From an uncultured Spirochaetota bacterium (GTDB lineage Bacteria; Spirochaetota; UBA4802; UBA5550): DNA of 64,000 bases. The translations under genes were made by a program, and so were the position numbers. The notes under the pieces are model-generated. The model saw only the letters and a list, made by a program, of their open reading frames with translations, searched no databases and had not been told where the DNA came from. Position 1 is the first letter of the stretch. Each line of letters opens with the position of its first letter. Location: positions 32,001-96,000 of the forward strand of contig CAWHAA010000010.1 of NCBI GenBank assembly GCA_963827275.1, written 5' to 3'. Positions 53,240 to 64,000 of this stretch are shown one piece after another.

Positions 53240-54589
53240 CTACCGTTCCTTGAGTGGCAGGTATTCCTTTTCGTCGGCGTATACCTGTATATAGGCGGGC
53301 CTGATGATGCGGCCCTGCATGATCTGTTCGATCCGGTGCGCGCACCATCCCACCACGCGCGCCATGGCGAAGATCGGGGTGTAGAGTTCCCGGGGGATCC
53401 CCAGCATCTCGTACACAAACCCTGAATAATAATCGACATTGGCGCTCATGATCTTCTTGTTCCTCTCGTTGAGAATGGACGTCGCGACCTTTTCAACCAG
53501 GTCGTAGAGCTGGAACTCCTCGGAATACCCGTGTTTGTCCGCAAGGCTCCGCGCGTATTCTTTCAGTATGATGGCCCTCGGGTCAGAGATCGTATATACC
53601 GCGTGCCCGAACCCGTATATCTTTCCCTTCTGGTCCCCTGCCTTCTTTTCAAGTATCCTGGTCAGATAGGCCTTGATTTCGCGCTCGCTGTCCCACTTCT
53701 TTACGCTCTTTTTCAGGTCCTTCATCATAAGCTTGACCGATTCATTCGCGCCGCCGTGGAGATGGCCTGACAGGGAAGCGATCCCCGAGGCTATCGCCAT
53801 GTAGGTATTGGCGCCGCTTGAAGATACCGACCTGACCGAGAAGGTCGAATTATTACCGCCGCCATGTTCGGCGTGAAGGATCAGGGCGATATCGAATATA
53901 TGGGCGTCTTCCGGGTCCGGCTTTGCGCCGTGGAGAAGATAAAGGAAATTTTCAGCGATGGAAAGCTCCGGTTTCGGCCGGAGGATCATCAGGTCCGCGC
54001 CCTTGCTGTAGCGCAGAACATTGTAATTAGCCGCCACGATGGTGGGGAACTTGGCGATGAGATTGATGCTCTGCCGGCACACGTTCTCTATGGTAATCGA
54101 GTCGGCTTCCTCGTCGCACCTGCTCAGGTGGGAGATAACGCTGTGAAGCGCGTACATCTGGTTGTCGTTCTGCACCTCTCCCATGATAATCTGGCGCTCC
54201 ATCCTTGAAAGGGAACGCCTCTTCGCAAGCTCCTGGACGAAATTCCTCAGGTCGGCCTTCGTCGGCAGCTCACCCGCCAGCAGCAGGTAGGCCACCTCTT
54301 CAAACCCGAACCGCTTCTGCTCGGTTATCGATTCCACGATCCTCGTGACATCATACCCGCAGTAAAAAAGCCTGCCCGGAATGGGCTTCACGTCATATAT
54401 CTTTTTTACCGGATCTTTAAGTATCTTCTGGTACCCGTCGACCCTGCCCTTCGTCGTAATGCCGACCACGACGCCGGTGCCGTCCGGGTTCCTGAGCCCG
54501 AGCTTGACGTCCTTTTCCCTGATTATCTGCGGCGTAAGGTAGTCGTTAAGGATGGTCTGCTTTTCGATTTTTTCAAGAATGTTTATCAT
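53240..54589 (-). CDS. gltA: Citrate synthase
   Basis: GLRNPDGTGV, LHAEHGGGNNST, GHLHGGAN, GFGHAVY, NVDYYSG; start MINIL with RBS GAGG. Confidence 0.93.
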   Translation of the reverse strand: MINILEKIEKQTILNDYLTPQIIREKDVKLGLRNPDGTGVVVGITTKGRVDGYQKILKDPVKKIYDVKPIPGRLFYCGYDVTRIVESITEQKRFGFEEVAYLLLAGELPTKADLRNFVQELAKRRSLSRMERQIIMGEVQNDNQMYALHSVISHLSRCDEEADSITIENVCRQSINLIAKFPTIVAANYNVLRYSKGADLMILRPKPELSIAENFLYLLHGAKPDPEDAHIFDIALILHAEHGGGNNSTFSVRSVSSSGANTYMAIASGIASLSGHLHGGANESVKLMMKDLKKSVKKWDSEREIKAYLTRILEKKAGDQKGKIYGFGHAVYTISDPRAIILKEYARSLADKHGYSEEFQLYDLVEKVATSILNERNKKIMSANVDYYSGFVYEMLGIPRELYTPIFAMARVVGWCAHRIEQIMQGRIIRPAYIQVYADEKEYLPLKER

Positions 54590-54686
54590 GGCTGACACCT
54601 CAATGCATTTGTACCGAGACCTGCCGGACGGCACGTCGTGCCATCACTACTACACGACAGTAGCAGCGTCACCGGTGTCAACTTTT

Positions 54687-55553
54687 TTAATACATGACCC
54701 TGGGAAAATCAATGAGCACCGCGGTCATGTCGTCCTTCTGGCAGTCGGAACGGCCGATATGGCGGTAGACCGATTCGAAAAGCTCCTGCACCACAAGCTG
54801 CGGCATGAGGTTTACATGCTCGGTGAGAAAGTTGAGGACCCGCTCCTTGCCGTACTCCCCGGTCTGCCGCTCCCGGTCAAAGGCCTCGGTGATCCCGTCG
54901 CTGAAATAGAGGATGGAATCGCCCTCGTACAGGGTAAACTCGCAGACCGGCAACTCAAGGTATTTCTCCCCGAGGAGGACGCGGACATCGCTGCTGAGAA
55001 GGTTGCCCTTGAGGGGGAACCAGCCCTTTTCCTCTTCGTTTAAATCGTAGACGTTGACCACCCGGTCCCGGAACTTGCGCACGACGACGGGAAAGAGCAT
55101 GCTCCTGTTGTAAAACTTCAGGTGGTACCTGTCCCCATCGTTGTAAATAAACGTGAACAGGACGCAGGCAAAGTCATGTGAGTTCGCGTCCTCCATGATA
55201 TCGGTGAACTTCTGGGAAATATTTTTTACAAGGTACTCGGGGTCAACGGCGCCGGATTGCTCGTAGATCTTCTTCGTTTCGCCGATGGAGATGGTAATGG
55301 CAGAGCGGAGGCGCACCAGGTTGGTGTACGCGGGAAGGCCGTGCCCGCTCATGTCGGCGAAAATGAAGAGATAGTTGCCGTCGGGGAGCTGTATCAGGTC
55401 GAAATAATCCCCCGAGAGGACGGCGCCGTATGCCCGCTGGAAGCCGATCCCGACATTGAGCCGCTTGCCGTAAAAGTTCTGGAACAGCCCCCTTATCAGG
55501 ACCTTGTCCTTTTCCCGTATGGTATTCGCTTCGGCTTCGAGGAAATCGAACAT
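54687..55553 (-). CDS. Stand-alone SpoIIE/RsbU-type PP2C phosphatase
   Basis: SGDYFD, ADMSGHG, FSDGITE and DDMT metal-binding motifs. Confidence 0.85.
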   Translation of the reverse strand: MFDFLEAEANTIREKDKVLIRGLFQNFYGKRLNVGIGFQRAYGAVLSGDYFDLIQLPDGNYLFIFADMSGHGLPAYTNLVRLRSAITISIGETKKIYEQSGAVDPEYLVKNISQKFTDIMEDANSHDFACVLFTFIYNDGDRYHLKFYNRSMLFPVVVRKFRDRVVNVYDLNEEEKGWFPLKGNLLSSDVRVLLGEKYLELPVCEFTLYEGDSILYFSDGITEAFDRERQTGEYGKERVLNFLTEHVNLMPQLVVQELFESVYRHIGRSDCQKDDMTAVLIDFPRVMY

Positions 55554-55615
55554 GCCTCAGCCTGTTCCGCTCCGCGTCGGTGATCGGCTTAAAATCACTC
55601 ATATTGAGCAGGTGG

Positions 55616-57257
<1,642 letters not shown>

Positions 57258-57403
57258 ATCCGCCCTGGTCTGTCCTGTTTTAAGATGTTATGATTGATCC
57301 GTACGCGCATTGTTACGGAACATGAGGAAAATATGGCATGACGATACCTGACGACCGGGGATGCGTCAAGAATAATACGGTATTTATGGATAGTACGCGC
57401 GGG

Positions 57404-58102
57404 TCAGACGCGTTTTTCGCACATCCCGGAGAGGCAGCAGGCATCGCAGAGCGGCTTCTTCCTGCAATACTCCTTTCCGTGCGCGACGATCAGGGCGTGG
57501 TATTCCCTGTATGCATCAACCGTTCCCCTGAATGCTCCATGGAACATGCGCTGGATGTCGTGATACGATTCGCCTCCGCGGAGCACCCCCAGGCGGGTGA
57601 AGACCCGGCGGGTGTAGGCATCAACGACGAAAACCATGACATTCAATGCATAGAGGAGGATCGAATCGGCCGTCTCGGGCCCTATCCCGTTGACGGCGAG
57701 CAGCTCCTCGCGGAGGCGTGCGGGATCGGCGCGGCGCAGCCTGCGGACATCATACCCGTGGCCGCGGTACCAGGAGATGAAATTCTTGATCTTTTTCGCT
57801 TTCTGGTTGTAATACCCGGTCGGGCGTATGATCGCACCGAGCCTGTCGCCGCGTATCCGTGCGAGGGACAGCGGGTCAAGCAACCCGCGCCGCTTCAACC
57901 CGGCCAGGGCGCGCTCAACGTTTTTCCACGCGATGTTCTGGGTCAGAATCGCGCCGATCGCTATTTCGAAAAAGTCCGATGAATTTCGCGGGGCATGTAC
58001 GTGGTATTGGCTTTCGAGGGTCCGGGGATGGACAATGGGCCACCACCCCTGCGGCCCGTGGAACCGGAGGAGGCGGCGGTACGCCAGGGGTATGGTCTTC
58101 AT
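57404..58102 (-). CDS. Endonuclease III-related HhH-GPD DNA glycosylase
   Basis: GPQGWWP, GAILTQN, GIGPETADSILLYA, VVDAY, CRKKPLCDAC 4Fe-4S motif. Confidence 0.88.
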   Translation of the reverse strand: MKTIPLAYRRLLRFHGPQGWWPIVHPRTLESQYHVHAPRNSSDFFEIAIGAILTQNIAWKNVERALAGLKRRGLLDPLSLARIRGDRLGAIIRPTGYYNQKAKKIKNFISWYRGHGYDVRRLRRADPARLREELLAVNGIGPETADSILLYALNVMVFVVDAYTRRVFTRLGVLRGGESYHDIQRMFHGAFRGTVDAYREYHALIVAHGKEYCRKKPLCDACCLSGMCEKRV

Positions 58103-58106
58103 GTAA

Positions 58107-58610
58107 TTACGATATCGGGATCCGCTTCGATTCCGACTGGTCAACCAGGACCACCCCGTCCTCCTTGTATTTCTTTAACAGGAAGTGCGAGACGGTGGAC
58201 TGGACGCCGTGGATCGTGGCGAGCTTCTCCGAGACGAACTGCGCGACTTCCCTGAGACTTTCGCCCTCGACCTGCACCAGGAGGTCATACCCTCCGGAGA
58301 GCAGATACACCGACGTGACTTCAGGGAAGCGGTATATGGATTCGGCGACCGAATCGAACCCGACCTTCCGCTCGGGTATCACCTTCACCTCGATGAGCGC
58401 CTTCACCGCGTGGAGACGGATCCTCTGCCAGTTGATGTCGGTATGGTAGCCGAGGATGATCCTGTCAGACTCGAATTTTTTTATATACTTTTTGACGCTT
58501 TCAACAGGGATGCCGACCTGCCGGGCGACGTCTTCGTGGCCGGCCTTGGCGTCCCCGGAGAGGATATCAAGTATTTTTTCGCCTGTCTCATCGACCTTGT
58601 ATGGCTTCAT
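58107..58610 (-). CDS. Lrp/AsnC-family transcriptional regulator (YugG/AlaR-like)
   Basis: N-terminal HTH; IEVKVIP..GFD, VYLLSGGYDL, FVSEKL, SHFLLKKYK. Confidence 0.88.
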   Translation of the reverse strand: MKPYKVDETGEKILDILSGDAKAGHEDVARQVGIPVESVKKYIKKFESDRIILGYHTDINWQRIRLHAVKALIEVKVIPERKVGFDSVAESIYRFPEVTSVYLLSGGYDLLVQVEGESLREVAQFVSEKLATIHGVQSTVSHFLLKKYKEDGVVLVDQSESKRIPIS

Positions 58611-58667
58611 GGCTCGGTCTCCTGGTCAACTAGCGTCATGGTGATACCATTCGGCAGATGGGCCCGA

Positions 58668-58877
58668 CTAGTCTTTCTTGGTGTCTTTGGACTCGTCTTT
58701 CTTTTCGTCGCTTTCGCCGGAAATCGACTTCTTGAATTCGCGGATCCCGCTTCCGAGGTCCTTTGCTATCTTCGGGAGCTTGTTTGCGCCAAAGACGATC
58801 AAAACAATCAGTAATATTAATGCCAGCTCCCAGGGCCCCACATTCGGCAGGATAGCCAGTTGTACACCTGTATTCAT
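58668..58877 (-). CDS. tatA: Twin-arginine translocase subunit TatA
   Basis: GPWELALILLIVLIVFGANKLPKIAKDLGSGIREFKKS; RBS GAGGAGG. Confidence 0.93.
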   Translation of the reverse strand: MNTGVQLAILPNVGPWELALILLIVLIVFGANKLPKIAKDLGSGIREFKKSISGESDEKKDESKDTKKD

Positions 58878-59019
58878 TGAGCACCTCCTCTCTCGTGCGG
58901 CATGCAGTATGTTGTTTACAAAAATTCAGGCTGAACAAACAGCCTTGACCCTTTTAATTTTCATGAAGGCGTTTGTCAAATTAAATTCGGAAGGTAACGG
59001 GTAAATCTTCGGTTTTGGC

Positions 59020-60744
59020 CTATACTGCGGGTGAAAACCGGATTATCTTCTCGTCCGGATCCTCATAGTATTTCACATTATCGATGAGGGTGTCGATCCG
59101 CTTGATGCTCTTCCTGATGCTGATGATCGTGCCGGGGTAGGCCTTGTTCTTGATAATTATGCAGGGCTCGCGCTCCAGCTTCAGCTTGTTCTGCACTTCC
59201 CTGCTCTGCTCCATGTATGTTTTCAGCTCCTTGTTGCTGCTGCTCAGCTCCTTCAGGAGGATAAGACAGTTCTTCTTCTTGAAATTCGGGAGCTTGGCGA
59301 TGAATTCCTTCGGATTATCGAACACCGCCTCACCGAAGTTCACCTTGAGCTTGCGCATCGTTTCATCGACGGTCTCACGCCATTTCGCTATCTCCTTGTG
59401 GATGTCGGCGAGCTCTTTTTCAATGAAAAGGTTTCTCCCGACGTTCAGCTGTGTCTCCGTCTCGTTGATCGATCCCGATACGTTCACGAGTATTTCGTAG
59501 AGGGCGGTTGATTTCCCGCCGATTATCTTCCCCTGCCGCGCCACCACGCTGATCTTCGAGTTCGAGAACACATCGCAATTGATGATGGAGTCATCGACGA
59601 TGATATCGCCGGCCGCTTCCACCTTGGCGTTGAGGAGGTACTTCGCCACAACATTGCCGCCCGCGGTCAGCTTCACGTTCTCCTTCCCGACGACGCCCAT
59701 CTTGACGGTGATGTCGCCGCCCGCCTCGATAAAGGCGTCGTCGACGTTTTTCTCTATGATGATGTCGCCGCGCGCCCTGACCGTGAAACCGGATACGACC
59801 GACCCGAGTATGTGGACGGACCCGTCGAAATCTATGTTGCCCGTATCGTAGTTCACGTCGCCGGTTATCACGGCGGTCGGGATCACCGATATCTTCTTGC
59901 CGTCAACGTCGATGCACCCGTCTATGGACGAAATAAATATGTCGTCGGCCCCGAGGCCCTGCTCGATGTTGACGCCCTTGTAGTAGCCCTCGATCGGCAG
60001 GATATCCGCGAACGTCTTGTCGCCGAAGATGTCGTACCCGTCGGCGGATTTTACCTTCGGCACCCGCCGGAGGACGTCCTGCCCCTTTTTCACCTCTATG
60101 ATGGAGCCGACTTCCTTGAAGTCGATGCTGCCGTCCGCTTTCAGCTCCCCGGCCTTTTTGCTCATGCTGATGAGCGGGAGATAATACTCTTCATGCCCGT
60201 TGACCGGCTCCCGTCCCTCCGCGACCAGTATCCTCACAAAACGCGGATTAGCCGGGTCAATCGCCCTGAGCTGTTCCTCGACCTTGGCCTGCTCGACCCG
60301 CGCCATTATCGCGTTCTTGTGCAGGGTCTCTTCTATGTCCGCATAGGCGGGGACCTTCCCCAGCTTTGTCGGATAGATCGAATAATACGCTTTAAGCTTG
60401 TCCCTGCTCACCGACAGCGCCGAAATCAGACGCAGTTTGTTATCATCTAAAATTACGAAGCCATACTCGGCGGCCTTGTACGCGTTCAGGGTCTCATCGT
60501 AGTAGATGCCCGAATCGGCCTTGAGCACCTTGAAGTCGAGGAGGTGGTAATACTCATACCCGGGATCCAGCCTCGTGGGGACCTGATCTTCATTATCGAT
60601 ATCGATTATGCGGGCGACTATTTCCGAGACGTAGACGAAATTGTGTGGCGACGCGAGCACGACTTTCTTTTCGCCGTCCTCGGTTACCTTCTCGACGAGC
60701 ATTCTTCGTACGGTCGGGTCAAAGTAGCAAATGATCTTTTTCAT
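59020..60744 (-). CDS. fapA: FapA (DUF342) flagellar assembly protein A family
   Basis: VAEGREPVNG, DGSIDFKE, GDVNYDTGNIDFDGSV beta-helix, GKIIGG, coiled coil, YPGT. Confidence 0.87.
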   Translation of the reverse strand: MKKIICYFDPTVRRMLVEKVTEDGEKKVVLASPHNFVYVSEIVARIIDIDNEDQVPTRLDPGYEYYHLLDFKVLKADSGIYYDETLNAYKAAEYGFVILDDNKLRLISALSVSRDKLKAYYSIYPTKLGKVPAYADIEETLHKNAIMARVEQAKVEEQLRAIDPANPRFVRILVAEGREPVNGHEEYYLPLISMSKKAGELKADGSIDFKEVGSIIEVKKGQDVLRRVPKVKSADGYDIFGDKTFADILPIEGYYKGVNIEQGLGADDIFISSIDGCIDVDGKKISVIPTAVITGDVNYDTGNIDFDGSVHILGSVVSGFTVRARGDIIIEKNVDDAFIEAGGDITVKMGVVGKENVKLTAGGNVVAKYLLNAKVEAAGDIIVDDSIINCDVFSNSKISVVARQGKIIGGKSTALYEILVNVSGSINETETQLNVGRNLFIEKELADIHKEIAKWRETVDETMRKLKVNFGEAVFDNPKEFIAKLPNFKKKNCLILLKELSSSNKELKTYMEQSREVQNKLKLEREPCIIIKNKAYPGTIISIRKSIKRIDTLIDNVKYYEDPDEKIIRFSPAV

Positions 60745-61069
60745 GCACGCTCTTTATCCTGGAATCATCCAGCAATTATATGCCTGTATATCAGGGTCAT
60801 ATATATATTACTATCTTAATTTTCGTAAAAATCATACCAAAAACTTGAGAACAGAATTATAATATATGGTTATTTATTTCGGGAAGAATGTTACACCGGC
60901 GGTTGTGAAAAGCCGGGGCCTTGATTGAGGGCAGACGCACGGTTTTTTTACTTACTCTTGAGTAAAATATGGATAAAACACGCCGGCAAGTACATATATT
61001 TCCGGGGTTATCGGCGCGCTGTTTCGCCATCCCTGGACCTGCGGGACGGCGAAACAACGGCGGCAGGGA

Positions 61070-62086
61070 CTATTTCAGCATCCCCTTCTTGATGAGCAGC
61101 TCGGCTATCTGGATAGCGTTCAGGGCCGCGCCTTTACGGATATTGTCGGAGACGATCCACATGTTTATGCCATTGGGGATCGATTCATCCTCGCGGATGC
61201 GTCCGACAAAGACGTCATCCTTCCCCGCGGCGTTGATCGCCAGCGGATACTCGCTTTTAGAAGGGTTATCGATCACGGTCACGCCGGGCGCCTTTGAGAG
61301 GAGCTCGCGCACCTCGGCGGGGGAGATCTTCTTTTCAGTCTCTATGTTCACGCATTCCGAATGGCCGTACAGCACCGGCACCCTCACCGTGGTGGCGGTG
61401 ACCTGTATCGAGTTGTCGCCGGTGATCTTTTTTGTCTCGTTGACCATCTTCATCTCTTCCTTGGTATAGCCGTTTTCAAGGAAAACATCTATCTGGGGAA
61501 GCGCGTTGAAAGCGATCTGGTGCGGATAGACCTTCCGCTGTGAAATCGGCTTTCCGTTGACAATGTCTTTTGTCTGGACAAGGCATTCCTCTATCGCCTT
61601 GAGGCCGGTGCCCGATACCGCCTGGTAGGTGCTGACGACAATCCGCTTGATGCGCGCCGCGTCATGGATCGGCTTGAGCGCCACGACCATCTGTATGGTC
61701 GAGCAGTTCGGGTTGGCGATGATCCCCTTGTGCCAGTCCACGTCGTCCGGGTTAACTTCCGGCACGACGAGGGGAACTTCCGGGTCCATGCGCCACGCAG
61801 AGCTGTTGTCCACGACCACGCACCCCTCGGCCGCGGCGCGCTTCGCCACCTTCCTGCTGATGTCGCCGCCCGCGGAGAACAGGCCGATATCGTAGCCCTT
61901 GAAGCAGCCGTCCTCGACCGCTTCCGACATGACCTTGCGGCCGCCGAAATCGTATTCTTTACCCACGGTGGTTAGACCGAGGAACTTTATCTTGTCAATG
62001 GGGAATTGCCGCTGGAGCAATATCTTCCTGAATTCGATCCCGACAGCGCCGGTTGCGCCCAGGATCACGACATTGTATTTTCTCAT
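61070..62086 (-). CDS. asd: Aspartate-semialdehyde dehydrogenase
   Basis: GATGAVG, DNSSAWRM, IIANPNCST, YQAVSGTG, DNIRKGAALN; start MRKYN with RBS GAGGAGG. Confidence 0.96.
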   Translation of the reverse strand: MRKYNVVILGATGAVGIEFRKILLQRQFPIDKIKFLGLTTVGKEYDFGGRKVMSEAVEDGCFKGYDIGLFSAGGDISRKVAKRAAAEGCVVVDNSSAWRMDPEVPLVVPEVNPDDVDWHKGIIANPNCSTIQMVVALKPIHDAARIKRIVVSTYQAVSGTGLKAIEECLVQTKDIVNGKPISQRKVYPHQIAFNALPQIDVFLENGYTKEEMKMVNETKKITGDNSIQVTATTVRVPVLYGHSECVNIETEKKISPAEVRELLSKAPGVTVIDNPSKSEYPLAINAAGKDDVFVGRIREDESIPNGINMWIVSDNIRKGAALNAIQIAELLIKKGMLK

Positions 62087-62210
62087 CTTCAACCTCCTCA
62101 TGGTGCGTCAGGGGAAGCCCGTCGGGTTCCCCGGCGCCTGGCGGCGTGCCCGCGCAGCATTTAGGGTATGATTAGTTGGAGGGGTCTATTGTCAACAATA
62201 AATAGGGGAT

Positions 62211-62507
62211 TTATACGACAATTCTGCGCTTTTCCTCGTTGTCAGCGGGCCTGAACACAACCGCGACATTCCCGATAATCTGCACGAGCGCGGCGTCGGT
62301 CCGTGACACGACTTCTTCAACCAGTGAGCGTTTCTCATCCTTGAAATCGATAAACTTTATCTTTATCAGCTCGTGGTCGGCAAGGGCCCGGGCCGCCGCC
62401 TGGATAAGGCTGTCGGTAATGCCCTGCTTGCCGATATAGACCACCGGCTCGAGGTGGTGCGCCAGTGATTTCAGCCTGCGTATCTGTTTCCCGGTCAGTG
62501 GATCCAT
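62211..62507 (-). CDS. yhbY: YhbY/CRM-domain RNA-binding protein
   Basis: LTGKQIRRLKSLAHHLEPVVYIGKQG, HELIKIK, VQIIG. Confidence 0.93.
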   Translation of the reverse strand: MDPLTGKQIRRLKSLAHHLEPVVYIGKQGITDSLIQAAARALADHELIKIKFIDFKDEKRSLVEEVVSRTDAALVQIIGNVAVVFRPADNEEKRRIVV

Positions 62508-62615
62508 GCGATATCCTTCATCCTCACAATGATATATGGCTCAGGGAAATCCGGGCCGTCGATCTGGCAAGCAGTAGTTACCCCGGTACGCCTGTTCGGG
62601 GTATCGCCGGAAGGT

Positions 62616-63065
62616 CTATGGGACGAGGCCATAAACGTCAAGATTAATATCCAGGACCATGAACTCAACATCAGGAAGCACGACAGGTGACAGGATACTG
62701 GCGACATTCGTCCGGTCAACCTGTTTGTACCAGCCCTGGTACCAGTCTCCCGAATCAATCCCGTTGCCGTCCACATCGTATATCACTTCAAAGTAGAAGG
62801 GAAACGACCCGAGGCTGAAGGGCGGAATTATTATCTGCTTCTGCGAAGAGCTGAGCGTGAACCACGGTTCAGCCCACGGCGACACCGGGTTGACATGGAA
62901 CACGGCGTAGAGCTGGTTTGTCTCATTTACCGGCTGTGTGATCGTGACATCAAGTATCAGCATCGGGTCCCTGTTTTCCTTGGTGTCACAGGCGGACGCC
63001 CCGGCCAGGAGCAGGAGGAGAAGCGCTGCGACCCGGACCCGTATTGTTGCCCTGTTCATGGTCAT
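62616..63065 (-). CDS. Hypothetical lipoprotein with a DxDGNG calcium-binding-like loop
   Basis: Lipobox-like ASAC after LLLLLL; YDVDGNGIDSGD; similar to the upstream gene. Confidence 0.7.
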   Translation of the reverse strand: MTMNRATIRVRVAALLLLLLAGASACDTKENRDPMLILDVTITQPVNETNQLYAVFHVNPVSPWAEPWFTLSSSQKQIIIPPFSLGSFPFYFEVIYDVDGNGIDSGDWYQGWYKQVDRTNVASILSPVVLPDVEFMVLDINLDVYGLVP

Positions 63066-63074
63066 ACCTGCCTC

Positions 63075-63536
63075 TTAATTTCCATACTGGTCCGCGAAGA
63101 CCAGACTGATGGCTATCGTCATCCATTCAAGCGGCAGAAACGTCAGGGTTGAGAGTTCATCAGCTGTCGCGTCCGTTGGATGCTTGGCGTTTTTATATCC
63201 GGTGCAAGGGTCCCCGGTATCAAGGACGCCATTGCCGTTGGCGTCATAATAGGCGGCGAGGTGCGTGGAGAAGGTCCCGACGACCGGGTTGATCAGTGTG
63301 GTGCCGGGTGCTCCATGCGTGAGCCAGGGATTTGTCCAGTCCGAATCAACGTAATACACGAGGTAAATCTGGTGCGTGTCGTCGATTGTGAACAGGGCCG
63401 GGTTATCGAGCTCAATATTAACGAAAAGCACCGGCGACTGGTCATCAAGGTCGCCGGTCACCTGCGAGCATCCGGCGACGAGCGAAAGCAGGATGGTCGC
63501 GGTTAAAAAAAATGAAAGTGTTTTACACCGGTACAT
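63075..63536 (-). CDS. Hypothetical lipoprotein with a DxNGNG calcium-binding-like loop
   Basis: Lipobox LVAGC; YDANGNGVLDTGD. Confidence 0.72.
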   Translation of the reverse strand: MYRCKTLSFFLTATILLSLVAGCSQVTGDLDDQSPVLFVNIELDNPALFTIDDTHQIYLVYYVDSDWTNPWLTHGAPGTTLINPVVGTFSTHLAAYYDANGNGVLDTGDPCTGYKNAKHPTDATADELSTLTFLPLEWMTIAISLVFADQYGN

Positions 63537-63590
63537 TAACGGTCCTTATACTTCGATTTGTTATATATATTATCTTGCTATTTCTATTAC

Positions 63591-63619
63591 AAATTAACAC
63601 TAAAACGTCATTTTGTCAA
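63591..63619 (-). promoter_or_regulatory. Candidate sigma70 promoter TTGACA-N17-TAATTT for the lipoprotein pair
   Basis: -35 at 63619-63614 and -10 at 63596-63591. Confidence 0.5.
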
Positions 63620-63764
63620 AAAAAATCGTCTCTCTTGCCCATCCCGGGGAACAAGGACCGGACCCCCTGCCTGAATAAATACTTCTTGCGATTCGACGCG
63701 TCATGCCGGTAATTAATTCTCAATTATATACAATCGGATAAAAACAATGCCAGATGGAAAAAAC

Positions 63765-64000
63765 ATGAGAAGATCATACCTGCTGATTACGATTGTCGCT
63801 TCACTCTTGATACACGGTACGGACGCGGGGGCCGCCGCTGAAAAGACCGGGTCCTGGGCGTATCTGTATCACGGCGCACGCCTGTCAGCAGAAGACCTCG
63901 CCCGTTCCGTCCCGCGCTTCGACGTGATCTGCGTGAGCGGCTTCATCCTTGATCAATCAGGGGAATTACAGATCAGATCCAAACGGACCATGGAGGAGGT
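63765..64000 (+). CDS. N-terminus of a secreted protein, possibly glycoside hydrolase family 18; truncated by the window edge
   Basis: Manual translation MRRSYLLITIVASLLIHGTDAGAAAEKTGSWAYLY...RFDVICVSGFILDQSGEL; signal peptide plus a GH18-like first strands pattern. The catalytic DxxDxDxE motif is not in the window. Confidence 0.5.
   Translation, partial: MRRSYLLITIVASLLIHGTDAGAAAEKTGSWAYLYHGARLSAEDLARSVPRFDVICVSGFILDQSGELQIRSKRTMEE

Noticed and set aside
62111..62132. Hairpin in the asd leader as a lysine riboswitch or attenuator
   Set aside because: The intergenic region is only ~120 nt, with no leader peptide or L-box features.

Overview
GC-rich bacterial chromosome segment, probably from an anaerobic spirochaete-like organism (inferred from FapA, a dual-cNMP Crp protein, mcsA-mcsB-clpC and a stand-alone SpoIIE phosphatase; not certain). 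It is gene-dense and mostly metabolic or housekeeping. From left to right: an acyl-CoA cluster (ADP-forming acyl-CoA ligase cut by the edge, O-methyltransferase, acyl-CoA dehydrogenase-EtfBA, thiolase, SDR); typA; and an AT-richer RAYT-like HUH transposase gene bracketed by GGGTCAGAGC-type inverted motifs. Next is an ~18.6 kb minus-strand run (ACT/GcvR-like, gcvT-H-PA-PB, lipM-like, lipA, lpdA, gapN, AOR, OPA-family MFS, Fe-ADH, FrhB-like, iorAB, radical SAM) transcribed divergently from a GlnA4-type gamma-glutamyl ligase. The right half holds miaB-TPR/SPOR-mutS, Crp, AsmA, mcsA-mcsB-clpC-leuCD, an ATP-grasp/methyltransferase/LtaS-like cluster, gltA, pgi, tatA, fapA, asd, yhbY and two paralogous lipoproteins. 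The best candidate for an undescribed system is an anaerobic gamma-glutamylation route from ethanolamine (or another small amine) to glycine, with a tungsten AOR in place of the usual NAD-dependent aldehyde dehydrogenase and feeding a linked glycine cleavage system. This is inference from gene families and linkage. At least 10 single-base indels break gcvPA, mutS, crp and pgi (probably also the transposase tail) and most look like sequencing errors. No rRNA, tRNA or CRISPR array was recognised.
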